64,000 nucleotides of DNA from an uncultured Actinomycetota bacterium (GCA_963808215.1 CAWEEY010000012.1:20409-84408); one strand, 5' to 3'. Counted from the stretch's first letter, positions 29,041 through 38,332 are shown. Translations and numbers: made by a program. Notes: generated by a model from the sequence alone, not told the origin.

Positions 29041-30059
29041 CCATCGTCCTGTCTGCGCCATAGTCGACCGCCGACCGCGACGAGAACAGCGGCTCGGTCG
29101 TCCACCGAGTTGTCATACAGCGCCCAGGAGTCGAACCGGTCCTTGACGCTCTCGAAGTTCGCGCGATTCTTGTTACCCCAGATCTCATCGGCCTGCGAAA
29201 GTATCACTTCAGCAGGAACACACCGGCCGCCCATGCCGTTGCCTGCCCGATATGCGTCGTGATCGTTCCGGTGCCGAGCGTCCGTCCTCCTGACGCTGAC
29301 CTCAACTGGCACGTCGACAAACAAGCCTTCGATCCGCGAGTACCCGGCGCCCCGCAAGAAGTCGATGCGTTCACCGGCAGATGCATCCGTTGACATCGTG
29401 ATGTCCCAGATCACGTTCTTGCCGTCAGCGTGAGCCCGACGCGCAAACCGCTTAGCGATGTGGGAAGCCTCCTCGTGGACCAGATCAGACGCCTCCATGG
29501 GAGATAGTCCCTCGACTAACGGGACGAGGCCCCGGCTGGCCATCTGTTGCTTGATGCCATCCGGATTGATCATTAGATATCTGGACAGGTCGATGCCGGC
29601 GTGACTTGTCAGCACCGTCGTCTTGCCCGCGCCAGACAGGCCGCCCGCAACGATGGCCCGGCGTTCGCTTGGCACATCTGCTGCGGCCGCATACATGTCC
29701 GCGATGATCGAGTCATGCACAGCGTTGCGCTCGTCCGTCCACACTCGTCGCCTGGCGTCCGTCGTGTAGTGGCGGTTCGTCGCCAGACCCGCATCGACGG
29801 CGTGGCCTAAGCGGACCTTGACGTCGGCAACGTGCTGGGCGTGCTCGGCGTCGGTTAACGGGCGAACGCGGTCAGCCTCATGGCGCTCTCTGCTGTCGCG
29901 CGGCTTTGTGTCGCGCGGCGACTCGGCCCGATCGAGGTCAACGTACTGTGGCGAAGACGGATGGCCATGTGGTAGCTGATCCAATCGCCGCTCCAGATCC
30001 GGAGCAACTCTGTCGGGCCAGCGCTCAGCCAGGTCCATCTTGGAATCAGCAACGGCCAT
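29037..30059 (-). CDS. Zeta-toxin family P-loop kinase-like protein with an N-terminal extension (HPSSP motif)
   Basis: Start MAVADSK at 30059 after GGAGGG. Walker A GGLSGAGKTT. Zeta-like downstream blocks (INPDG, NVIWDITMS). GC is lower than the flanks (31/60 over 29161-29220). Confidence 0.8.
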   Translation of the reverse strand: MAVADSKMDLAERWPDRVAPDLERRLDQLPHGHPSSPQYVDLDRAESPRDTKPRDSRERHEADRVRPLTDAEHAQHVADVKVRLGHAVDAGLATNRHYTTDARRRVWTDERNAVHDSIIADMYAAAADVPSERRAIVAGGLSGAGKTTVLTSHAGIDLSRYLMINPDGIKQQMASRGLVPLVEGLSPMEASDLVHEEASHIAKRFARRAHADGKNVIWDITMSTDASAGERIDFLRGAGYSRIEGLFVDVPVEVSVRRTDARHRNDHDAYRAGNGMGGRCVPAEVILSQADEIWGNKNRANFESVKDRFDSWALYDNSVDDRAAVLVAVGGRLWRRQDDG

Positions 30060-30226
30060 GCTGACTTCCCTCCGGCGCCTGCTGCGATTGGAGTGACAGC
30101 AGTAGACGATAGGTCCATCACGGCGCCAATTCATCCTGGTCTGCGCAATAGTTGCTGGCGTTGACAAAGCGGCAGATCAGGCCGCGCCGCCGGAAACGAC
30201 CACCGAACTCCGGCCTCGCTGAGACG

Positions 30227-31707
30227 ATGGACGTCGTGCCGAGTGCCCGGCGTCCGATGCCCCGAAGTCGCAGCCCGCATCTGTTCGTGGTGCCTGACGA
30301 CGCTCAGCCAGCACTGTGGGACAGCCGGGAGCTCCGGCGCCTGGCCCGGCTTCGCCAGCTCGCACTCGACACGGGCGCGCCAGAAGAGGCAATCCGGCTG
30401 ATCGAGAGTGCCGCGACCGCGGACGAGGCCATGGCGGAGCTCGTCACGGCCGGACTGGTTCCTGACGAGCCGGATTCCTTCGAGGGCATGTTGTCGTGGT
30501 TCACGCCGCTGCTCGAGCCCGGCTGTGATCAGGTTGATGCCGAGGTCTGCGGCGGAGAGTTCGTCGGCGAACTGCGCCGTGCAGGCCCGGCCGACGCGGA
30601 CGTAAGCGAGGTCCTGAGCAACGTGCTCGAGCACCTGATCGAGTACGAGAGCCCAGAGGCGCTTGCCATGGCGCGGATCCTGGCGGCAGTCGGCCCGCCC
30701 GAAGTACGGGCGATCGCCGCGGACACAGCGAACCGCATGGTTGCGGGCGGACGGACGGACATGCCGTGGTCGGCCGGCCTGGGGCGGCCACGGCCGGGGC
30801 CGTGCTTCGGCTATGCCGACATCTACGGTGACCAGCGCTCGATCGTCGTCGTGTTCAGCTACGCGCGCAAGAAGCACGCCGTCGTCGTGCTGGTCGACTA
30901 TCTGCTCGGCGGCGGGATCAAGGACTGTTACCTGGTCGAATACTCGAGCAGGCTCCGCGACGAGTACCGCAAGGCGGGCGCCGACCCGGACCTGAGATTC
31001 AGCGACCTGGATGCCGAGACGGCCCGCGGGATTCTCGAGGAGGCATTGTCCAGGGACCCCTGCCCGGTCGAGCCTGACCAGATACAGGGCGTCGAGAACT
31101 ACATTGACCTGCTTCGTGCCCGTGTCGAGGTGCTCCCACGCCGCACGCGCTGCAACCGGGACACCGGCCACCCGGACAGCGGCCGCTGCGTCAACCACGG
31201 GCGCGCGAGGCAAGCGGCCGTCCGCGCGGAGGAATGTGCACCGGCTGAAGGTCACGCTGCGCGGCACCAAGCCATCCATCTGGCGACGGTTCGAGGTGCC
31301 GTCGGACATCCCGCTCGCCCGGCTCCACACGGTTATCCAGCTCGGCTTCGGATGGCAGAACTCGCACGTGTGGGTGTTCGAAACACCTGCCGGACGCTTC
31401 GGCAGACATGACCCTGAGCTCGAGATCCGCAGTGCCGCGAGCAAGAAGCTGTCCGCGGTGGCCGACTGGCCGGCCGACAAGATCCGGTACGACTACGACT
31501 TCGGTGCCGGCTGGGAGCACGACGTCGTCGTAGAAGCCGTCCAGCCAGCTGAACCCGGCGTTGCCTACCCCCGGTGCACGGCTGGCAGGCGAGGAGTACC
31601 GCCTGGGGACAGCGGCGGCAACCCGGGCGACGACCAGGACAACTTCGAGCCTCGATGCCACTAACGATGCCCTGGCCACGATCTCGAAGGTGCTCGTCAG
31701 GCGCTAA
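30227..31707 (+). CDS. Protein with an unknown ~330-aa N-terminal domain and a C-terminal pRiA4b ORF-3-like domain; at least 2 frame changes
   Basis: ORF 30152..31411 carries the N-terminal domain. ORF 31011..31664 contains LKVTLRGTKPSIWRRFEVPSDIPLARLHTVIQLGFGWQNSH...YDYDFGAGWEH...YPRC. The last ~18 aa (LDATNDALATISKVLVRR*) are in a third frame. Confidence 0.7.
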
Positions 31708-32051
31708 AGCAGCGAAAGCTCGCTGGTGACCGCGTCTATCTTGGTGTCCGGCGCCGGGCCGATAGCGCAACAGGTAGGGGTTCCCTCCGCTATCTGCGTC
31801 CGGCCGGCGTCATGGATCACCTGAACCGGCAACCCCGCGCCGCGTGCCTGCTCCGCGATGGCGTACAGATGCTCCTCGCTGCTTGCCCGCAGGACCACCT
31901 TGGGCTGCCCGTCGCGGAGCCAGGTCCTGAAGTCGACGGTGCCGAGAGTAGCTAGCACGGCGGCCACGGCTGCATGTGCGGCCTGTGCCGCTATCTTGCC
32001 GCGCCCCATGCCCAGATCTGCACGCACGACGAGCGTCAGCTTGGTCTGCAC
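31704..32051 (-). CDS. pth2: Peptidyl-tRNA hydrolase, PTH2 (archaeal/eukaryotic) type
   Basis: GTG at 32051. KLTLVVRADLGMGRGKIAAQAAHAAV...DAGRTQIAEGTPTCCAIGPAP...VTSELSLL matches the PTH2 family end to end (115 aa). Confidence 0.8.
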   Translation of the reverse strand: MQTKLTLVVRADLGMGRGKIAAQAAHAAVAAVLATLGTVDFRTWLRDGQPKVVLRASSEEHLYAIAEQARGAGLPVQVIHDAGRTQIAEGTPTCCAIGPAPDTKIDAVTSELSLL

Positions 32052-32127
32052 GACTGACACCGTATGCGGTACCCAGCGAAGCCGACTTATCGGCCAGCAA
32101 TCCTGTTCGATGCGCGAGACTGACAAC

Positions 32128-32727
32128 ATGACAAATTCGTGGGACGCCGCCTACACCGCCGAGTTGCCGGCGCCATGGGACATCGGCCATCCTCAGTCCG
32201 CCTTCGCCCGGCTTGCCGAAGCTGGTCGGCTGACCGGCCGTGTTCTGGATGTGGGCTGCGGCACCGGCGAACATGCCCTCCTGGCCGCAAGCCACGGCGC
32301 GGACGCGCTCGGCATCGACCTCGCCCCGGCCGCCATCGAGCAGGCCCGAGCCAAGGCCGCTCAGCGCGGCCTGGCCGTTCAGTTCACAGTCGGCGACGCG
32401 CTAGACCTCGACCCGCTCGGGCTGGCCGGCACCATCGACACGGTGATCGACAGCGGCGTCTTCCACGTCTTCAGCGACGACGACCGGCCACGCTACGTGG
32501 CCGGCCTCGCCTCGGTGCTGCGACCGGGCGGCATTACCTATCTGATGTGCTTCAGTGACCGCCAGCCGGGCGAGTTCGGCCCCCGCCGGGTCAGCCAGGA
32601 CGAATTGCGCGAGGCGTTCGCGGCCGGCTGGACCGTCGAATCGATCAGCGCGGACAGCTTCGAGATCAACCCGCTGCAGGGCGAGACGCATGCCCAGGCC
32701 TGGCTTGCCGTCCTGCGGCGCAATTAA
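32128..32727 (+). CDS. Class I SAM-dependent methyltransferase
   Basis: Start MTNSWDAAY at 32128. SAM motif VLDVGCGTGEHA. Confidence 0.85.
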   Translation: MTNSWDAAYTAELPAPWDIGHPQSAFARLAEAGRLTGRVLDVGCGTGEHALLAASHGADALGIDLAPAAIEQARAKAAQRGLAVQFTVGDALDLDPLGLAGTIDTVIDSGVFHVFSDDDRPRYVAGLASVLRPGGITYLMCFSDRQPGEFGPRRVSQDELREAFAAGWTVESISADSFEINPLQGETHAQAWLAVLRRN

Positions 32728-32966
32728 CCGCTTCCCCAGCCAGGCGATGGCGAAATCACGAGGAAAACTACTACCAGGTCCATCTTTTCCCACTCCCCCG
32801 ATGACTCCCTTACCGAGCCAGGAATATGGGAGTCCCCCCGTCACGACCACGATGAGGCATCGCTACCCGGCTACTGAGAAGTTCAACCTGCTTCGGAGCA
32901 GCACGCCAGGGGAACGGCGGTGGCATGCCATCGGGCCGCCCGCCCGCGGGCCGTAAGGTCGGTGCT

Positions 32967-33476
32967 ATGCAGACGTGGGACGCGATCACTGCCCGCCGCA
33001 ACGTCAGGCAGTTCACCGAGCGCAGCATCCAGGCCGCTGACCTGGACCGGATCCTCGAGGCCGGCCGCCGGTCACCGTCGTCGCAGAACTGGCAGCCCTG
33101 GGATTTTGTCCTGGTCACCGACCGCGAGCAGCTCCGCGAACTGTCGGGTGTCTTCTACGGCGCCAGCCACGTGGCGGGATCGGCCGCCACCATCGCAGTC
33201 GTCGGCCCGGCATCGGACAACGAGTTTCACCGTGCCCAGTTCGATCTCGGCCAGGCGACCATGAGCATGACCCTGGCCGCCGCCGACCTGGGCATCGGCA
33301 GCTGTCATGCAGGCGTCGCCGACATGGAGCTGGCCAGACGCGTACTCGGACTGCCCGCGGACCGGAACTGGGTCCTGCTGATCTCGCTCGGCTACCCGGC
33401 GGAGCGGCCGCTGACCCCGATCCTTAAGCCCAAGCGACGGCCGTTCGATGACGTCGTGCACCGCGGCCGGTGGTAG
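32967..33476 (+). CDS. Nitroreductase family protein
   Basis: Start MQTWDAITARRNVRQF at 32967. RSPSSQNWQPW motif. Confidence 0.85.
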   Translation: MQTWDAITARRNVRQFTERSIQAADLDRILEAGRRSPSSQNWQPWDFVLVTDREQLRELSGVFYGASHVAGSAATIAVVGPASDNEFHRAQFDLGQATMSMTLAAADLGIGSCHAGVADMELARRVLGLPADRNWVLLISLGYPAERPLTPILKPKRRPFDDVVHRGRW

Positions 33477-33501
33477 GCAACGGCCGGGGCGGCTGGCTCC
33501 G

Positions 33502-35175
33502 TCAGTGGCTGACGAAGCCGCGGCGCTCGGTCAGCAGCATGCTGGTCAGGGTCACAGTGTGGCGGGCGGCAGCGAGGCCCAGCCTCGATGGGCTGATCAC
33601 GTAGCTGATGATCCCGGCAGCGCTGGCGTGCCTGGTCGCGACATACCGGCCGTCCGCATAGATGCGCACTGGGTGTCCTGGCAGGAAGCCAGTCGCCACG
33701 AGCCTGGCGGTCGCGCCGCGCTTGATGCTGTCGGGGGTCACGGTCAGCGCCCTGCCGAGCCGGGCCAGGTCCGCTCGTGCGTGCGCCCGCGCAGCTGATT
33801 CCTCATGGCCGGCCTTTGTCGCAGCCACGAGCGACGGCACGAACGCCGGGGCGCTGACCGTTCCCCAGCCGCTCGCGACGTCGAACCCAGCCACGGCAGT
33901 GAAGCCAGGCACGACTGTTCCGCTCGGGAGGGTGAACGAGTCGCTGCCGCCGATGACATCCCGGATGCCGTCCTTGATCCCGGCCGGGCCAAGCGTGCCG
34001 TACAGGGCAGGATTGATCGGGCCGACGTCAGCCTTGTTCTGCTGGGTCGCCAGGGCGAGCACCCCGGCGAGCAGCGGCGCGGCCTCGGAGGTGCCGATGC
34101 TCCCGTCCATAGTGATGTCGGGCACCGACCGCATCCGGCTGGCCGTAATTCCCGCAACTCCCTTCTGGTAGGCGGGTCGCGCGAACACCCTGGAGAAGCC
34201 GGCTGCCGAGGAGCAGGTCACTGGCGCGGACGCGTACGGGTTGCAGGCAGTCCGCCACAACTTCGGCGGGCCGGCCAGCTTGTGGCGGCTGTTCACGACC
34301 GGAATGCTGCCGCCGACGGCTGTAGCCCAGGGCGAGTCGTCCCAGGTCGCGGAGTCCGGGAAAGCAGTGGTGTCACCGCACTGCGAACTTGCTGCCGGGA
34401 GGTTCTGCACCACTCCGCAGTCGCCGGTAGCAACGAGCAGCGGGATGCCAGCCGCGGCGGCTGAGAGTTCGCCTGGGTCCTGGGCAAGGATCTCGGGCCG
34501 CCCATCCCTATAGCTGGACTCGCCGGTCCCGTCGCTGATGGAGATCACGTTCGCCAGATGGTGGCGGGCGATATCCTCGACCGCCTTCATCATCTCAGGC
34601 GGTGCGACCTGACTGGCGGCGTCATCGGTGATCTCGGTGTCCGCGGGCGTCGCGGAGATCACGATCCTGGCGTAGGGCGCCATCAGGTGGACTGCGAGGA
34701 CGTCAAGGGTCAGCTCGCCGGACCAGGCCTGGCATGAACCGTAGCTGCCGAGCTTCACCATGCCAGGCGGGCATTTCTTCGGTAGCTGCCCGGCCGGGTA
34801 GATCGTGGCGATGTGCGGGTTCGGCAGACCATAGGCCTTGTCGAAGGCGTCGACCTGCCGGGTGATACCCGGATAGTTCCAGCCCTCGATAACCGCGACC
34901 GTCGTCCCTGCTCCATCGATGCCCTTGCGCCACAGTTCGCCGACGCCATAGCCGAAGACATCCTCGGTGCCTAGGTATTGCAGAGGCAGTTTCCTCATCC
35001 GGGCGAGCGCCTTGGTCAGCACCTTGATCTGTTCCGCCCTGGAGGGCACGTGTGCGACGGTCACGGCCGCCGCCGGGTGCTGGCCCGCAGCCGAGGCTTG
35101 CGCAGCCGGCAGCATGAGCGCTGCCGTAATGGTCGTCAGCAGCGCGAGCACCCGCTTCACCCTGGTACTGGGCAA
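33502..35175 (-). CDS. Secreted S53 (sedolisin) family peptidase with a C-terminal extension
   Basis: Signal peptide. SGELTLDV, FARPAYQ and GTSEAAP motifs. Intact 557-aa ORF. Confidence 0.75.
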   Translation of the reverse strand: MPSTRVKRVLALLTTITAALMLPAAQASAAGQHPAAAVTVAHVPSRAEQIKVLTKALARMRKLPLQYLGTEDVFGYGVGELWRKGIDGAGTTVAVIEGWNYPGITRQVDAFDKAYGLPNPHIATIYPAGQLPKKCPPGMVKLGSYGSCQAWSGELTLDVLAVHLMAPYARIVISATPADTEITDDAASQVAPPEMMKAVEDIARHHLANVISISDGTGESSYRDGRPEILAQDPGELSAAAAGIPLLVATGDCGVVQNLPAASSQCGDTTAFPDSATWDDSPWATAVGGSIPVVNSRHKLAGPPKLWRTACNPYASAPVTCSSAAGFSRVFARPAYQKGVAGITASRMRSVPDITMDGSIGTSEAAPLLAGVLALATQQNKADVGPINPALYGTLGPAGIKDGIRDVIGGSDSFTLPSGTVVPGFTAVAGFDVASGWGTVSAPAFVPSLVAATKAGHEESAARAHARADLARLGRALTVTPDSIKRGATARLVATGFLPGHPVRIYADGRYVATRHASAAGIISYVISPSRLGLAAARHTVTLTSMLLTERRGFVSH

Positions 35176-35241
35176 TGCGATCTCCTCGCGTCAGCCGCCG
35201 GGGTTTGCCGAAGTGTGCGCATTTAGGCCATGACGCGCACA

Positions 35242-36096
35242 TTACATACTGATCAGGACGATGCCCGTGGCGATCACCACTGCCGCGGCCACGCGCCGCT
35301 TGCCGAAGTCTTCGCCGAGCGCGACTAGGCCGATGAGCGCGCCGAATACCACGCTAGTCTCCCTGATCGCGGCGACCTCCGCGAGCGGTGCCATCGTCTG
35401 CGCCCACAGCACGACGCCGTAGGCCACGACGCACAGGATGCCGGCGAGCAACCCGCGCCGGGCGGTGAACCGTTCTCGCCACGCGCTCACTGGCCGGCGG
35501 ATCGCCGCAGCTACCGTCAGCGGGGGCCCCTGCAACGCGAACAGCAGTGCCGCGTATGCCCACGGATCGCCCGCATGACGGACACCGATGCCATCCACGA
35601 GGGTGTAAGCGGCGATCGTGAGACCGGTCAGGATGGCGGCGCCGACGGCCGGGCCGTCCTGGCGGGTTAGACGGCCAGCCGAGAGAGCCAGGCCCGTCAG
35701 GCCCGCAGCCAGCGTCGCGATCCCGGTCAGGGCAACCGCGCCGAGATGCTCGCCGACCAGGAAGTACGCACCTGCCGCGACGACGAGCGGCGACGTTCCC
35801 CGCGCGATCGGATACGTCTGGTTGAACGCGCCGAGCCGGTAGGAGTTCATCAGCGCCAGGTCATAGCCGACGTGGATGACCGCCGACGCAACAGCGAATG
35901 GGACCGCCGTCCGGTCCGGCAGCCCGGTGAGGCAGAGCACCACACCGCCGGTTACGGCCGATGCGACGCCGATCCAGGCAAAAGCCATCAGCCGGTCCTG
36001 GACCTGCTTCGCGATCGCGTTCCAGCCCGCATGCAGCGCGCCAGCGCCAATGACGGCCGCGATGATCGCAGGGGTCAGGTGCGGGTGCGGGCTCAC
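35242..36096 (-). CDS. EamA/DMT family transporter
   Basis: Intact 284-aa ORF with about 10 TM helices and the duplicated EamA architecture. Confidence 0.85.
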   Translation of the reverse strand: MSPHPHLTPAIIAAVIGAGALHAGWNAIAKQVQDRLMAFAWIGVASAVTGGVVLCLTGLPDRTAVPFAVASAVIHVGYDLALMNSYRLGAFNQTYPIARGTSPLVVAAGAYFLVGEHLGAVALTGIATLAAGLTGLALSAGRLTRQDGPAVGAAILTGLTIAAYTLVDGIGVRHAGDPWAYAALLFALQGPPLTVAAAIRRPVSAWRERFTARRGLLAGILCVVAYGVVLWAQTMAPLAEVAAIRETSVVFGALIGLVALGEDFGKRRVAAAVVIATGIVLISM

Positions 36097-36191
36097 AGAA
36101 CTGAAGTCACGGCGATTCCCCGGCGCGATGACGCGATAACGGCCATGATTCTATTGCGCACTAGCACATTAAGCGCGGGGCGGGAGTACTA

Positions 36192-37793
36192 GTGACGGAC
36201 GAAGTACTTGCCGCACAGGGGGCAGATGACGCGAAGCTGCTCAACCTGGTGCGGGCGGGGGACAGCGGTGCGTTCGTGCTTCTGCGGCAGCGGCACGAGC
36301 AAGCCGCGCGCAGGCTCGCCCGCGAGCTAGTCGGGTCGGCCGCCGAGGTCGATGATCTGATTGCGCAGACATTCGCCCAAGTGCTCGACGTGACGAGCCA
36401 CGGCGGCGGTCCGACCGATGCTTTCCGGCCGTATCTGCTCACAGCGCTGCGGCTGGCATGCGACGACGACGGCCTCCGGTCTGGGGGCTCCGACCCAGGG
36501 AAGGAAACGTCGCTGATGGCGGCGGCCTTCTTCGCGCTGCCCGAGCGCTGGATCGCAGTTTTGTGGCACACCGAGATCGAGTCAGCAAGCCCAGCCGACG
36601 TTGCGCCGTTGCTCGGGCTCGGCCCGGACGCTGTTGGGGCGCTCAGGCGGCGCGCCAGGGACGGCCTCCTCCAGACCTGCCTCCAGCTGCATGCCTCACG
36701 TGTCGGCCGCCCCGAGTGCAAGCCGGTGGCAGAACAGCTCGGTGCCTTCCTCAGAGACCCGGCGCCGGGGCCGGAGAGCGCGCTGGTGACCGAGCACCTC
36801 AGCCAGTGCGACGACTGCCGGGCGCTGTACGCCGAGCTGGCCGACGTGAACCTGGCGCTCCGCACATTGGTAGCGCCGGTCATCCTGGGTGGGGCGGCGG
36901 CAGCATACCTGTCAGGCGCGCAGCACGACACGGCAGCAGCCTCGGCCGCAGCGGCCACCGGGATAAGCATCATGGCACCCTTCGCGGCCGGTAAAGCCGG
37001 CCCAGGCGCCGGCCATACGCCGTGGCACAGTGCACCGGTGACGCGGCGCTCGCTGCAGCCGTTGCGTCTGCTCGCGGCGGCGGCGGTGGTCGCCGTTTGC
37101 GGCGCGGGCTTCGCAGTCTCCCTGGCGGGCCACGACACGCCGCTGGGGTCGGCGCACCATCCTCCGGCCGGAGCTTCCGGACCGGCACATCCGACCGGGA
37201 TTCTGTCTCCGACACCGTCACAGCGCGCAGCCGCCGTCGTCCCGGTTGTCTCGACCCGTGCGCCAAGCAGCACGCCCGCCGGGCCGCCGGCCGGCGCAAC
37301 GCCGACGGGCAGCACGCCGCCGGGCGCGTCCGTCACCGCCAGCTCGCCGCCCGCGGCGGAGCTGACGGCGAGCGTCAGCATCGCCGGGCAGCAGGCGCAC
37401 TGGCACGGCGCCCAGGTCGTCTTCCAGGTCAACGACACCGGCTCTGCGGCAACTGGGGAGCTGACCGTGTCGATTAGCCTTCCGGCCGGCACGTGGCTGT
37501 TCGGCGACCAGCACAGACACGGCGGGCGGCATGGGCACGGCGGAGACGGACACGGCGGCGGGCACTGGCACGGTCGGGACAGCGGCACATCGGACGGCGA
37601 CGGATGGTCATGCCAGCCGACCTCGACGGGGGCGAGCTGCGAGCACGCCGCGATCTCGCCCGGCGGCCAGGCCCAGGGAACGATCTACATCTGGATCTTC
37701 GGTTCGTCAGCCTGTGGCAAGTCCGTAGGCCTGACCGCGAGCAGCGGATCCTCCTCGGCCAGCGTGCAGTCTCCGCAAGATCTTCAGTGCTGA
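36192..37793 (+). CDS. ECF sigma factor fused to a zinc-finger anti-sigma-like segment, a TM helix and a Pro/Ser-rich extracytoplasmic domain (ECF52-like)
   Basis: Sigma-70 regions 2 and 4. HLSQCDDC (HxxxCxxC). TM helix LRLLAAAAVVAVCGAGFAV. His/Gly-rich tract HRHGGRHGHGGDGHGGGHWHG. Confidence 0.8.
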   Translation: MTDEVLAAQGADDAKLLNLVRAGDSGAFVLLRQRHEQAARRLARELVGSAAEVDDLIAQTFAQVLDVTSHGGGPTDAFRPYLLTALRLACDDDGLRSGGSDPGKETSLMAAAFFALPERWIAVLWHTEIESASPADVAPLLGLGPDAVGALRRRARDGLLQTCLQLHASRVGRPECKPVAEQLGAFLRDPAPGPESALVTEHLSQCDDCRALYAELADVNLALRTLVAPVILGGAAAAYLSGAQHDTAAASAAAATGISIMAPFAAGKAGPGAGHTPWHSAPVTRRSLQPLRLLAAAAVVAVCGAGFAVSLAGHDTPLGSAHHPPAGASGPAHPTGILSPTPSQRAAAVVPVVSTRAPSSTPAGPPAGATPTGSTPPGASVTASSPPAAELTASVSIAGQQAHWHGAQVVFQVNDTGSAATGELTVSISLPAGTWLFGDQHRHGGRHGHGGDGHGGGHWHGRDSGTSDGDGWSCQPTSTGASCEHAAISPGGQAQGTIYIWIFGSSACGKSVGLTASSGSSSASVQSPQDLQC

Positions 37794-38000
37794 TGCCCTG
37801 CTCCCGGCTATGAGCGCTCGGGTTCGGCGGCGCTGGGTGGTATGACCACGAACTGGACATAGCAGAAATCCTGCCGGACGAGCCAGTTCGTGGCAGGCTG
37901 GCCCCATCGGTGCCGTGCTGAGGCGGAGTGAGCACCAGGTACAGTGACGCGCGGCTGGATCATCTAGGCTGGCGGCCACCAAAAATCCGGAAGAAAACAG

Positions 38001-38255
38001 GTGAGTCAAGTGGTGAGTACAGTGAGTGCGCCGGGCAGGTCATCCAACCGCGCGCTGACGATTGTCCTAGGAGTTCTCGGAATCCTGGCGCTCATTGTCG
38101 GAGTGCTCTATATCGCCGGGGCCCTGAACTCTGTGCACTTCCTGGTAGGCAAGCACCATGGGGGAAGCCACACGGTGCGGGCCGCTGTCTCGTTCGTCGT
38201 CGGTATTGTGCTGCTGATACTCGCCTGGGCCGCCAACCGGTCCCGGTCCCGCTGA
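38001..38255 (+). CDS. Small two-TM membrane protein
   Basis: 84-aa ORF with two hydrophobic helices. Start uncertain (GTG). Confidence 0.45.
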   Translation: MSQVVSTVSAPGRSSNRALTIVLGVLGILALIVGVLYIAGALNSVHFLVGKHHGGSHTVRAAVSFVVGIVLLILAWAANRSRSR

Positions 38256-38332
38256 GGTCACGCCCGCTCCGGCTGGGGCCTTCGCCGCTGGGTGGTGCCC
38301 GCAGGCCGGAGGCCACCTGACCAGCTGTCCGG

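Noticed and set aside
30131-31480. 449-aa ORF on the minus strand
   Set aside because: It is antisense to the pRiA4b-ORF3-domain protein, whose C-terminal signature motifs are unambiguous on the plus strand.
36161-37588. 475-aa ORF on the minus strand
   Set aside because: It is antisense to the ECF sigma fusion gene, which has clear sigma-70 region 2/4 and ZAS motifs. The antisense translation is Pro/Ala/Ser/Cys-rich with no recognisable domain.
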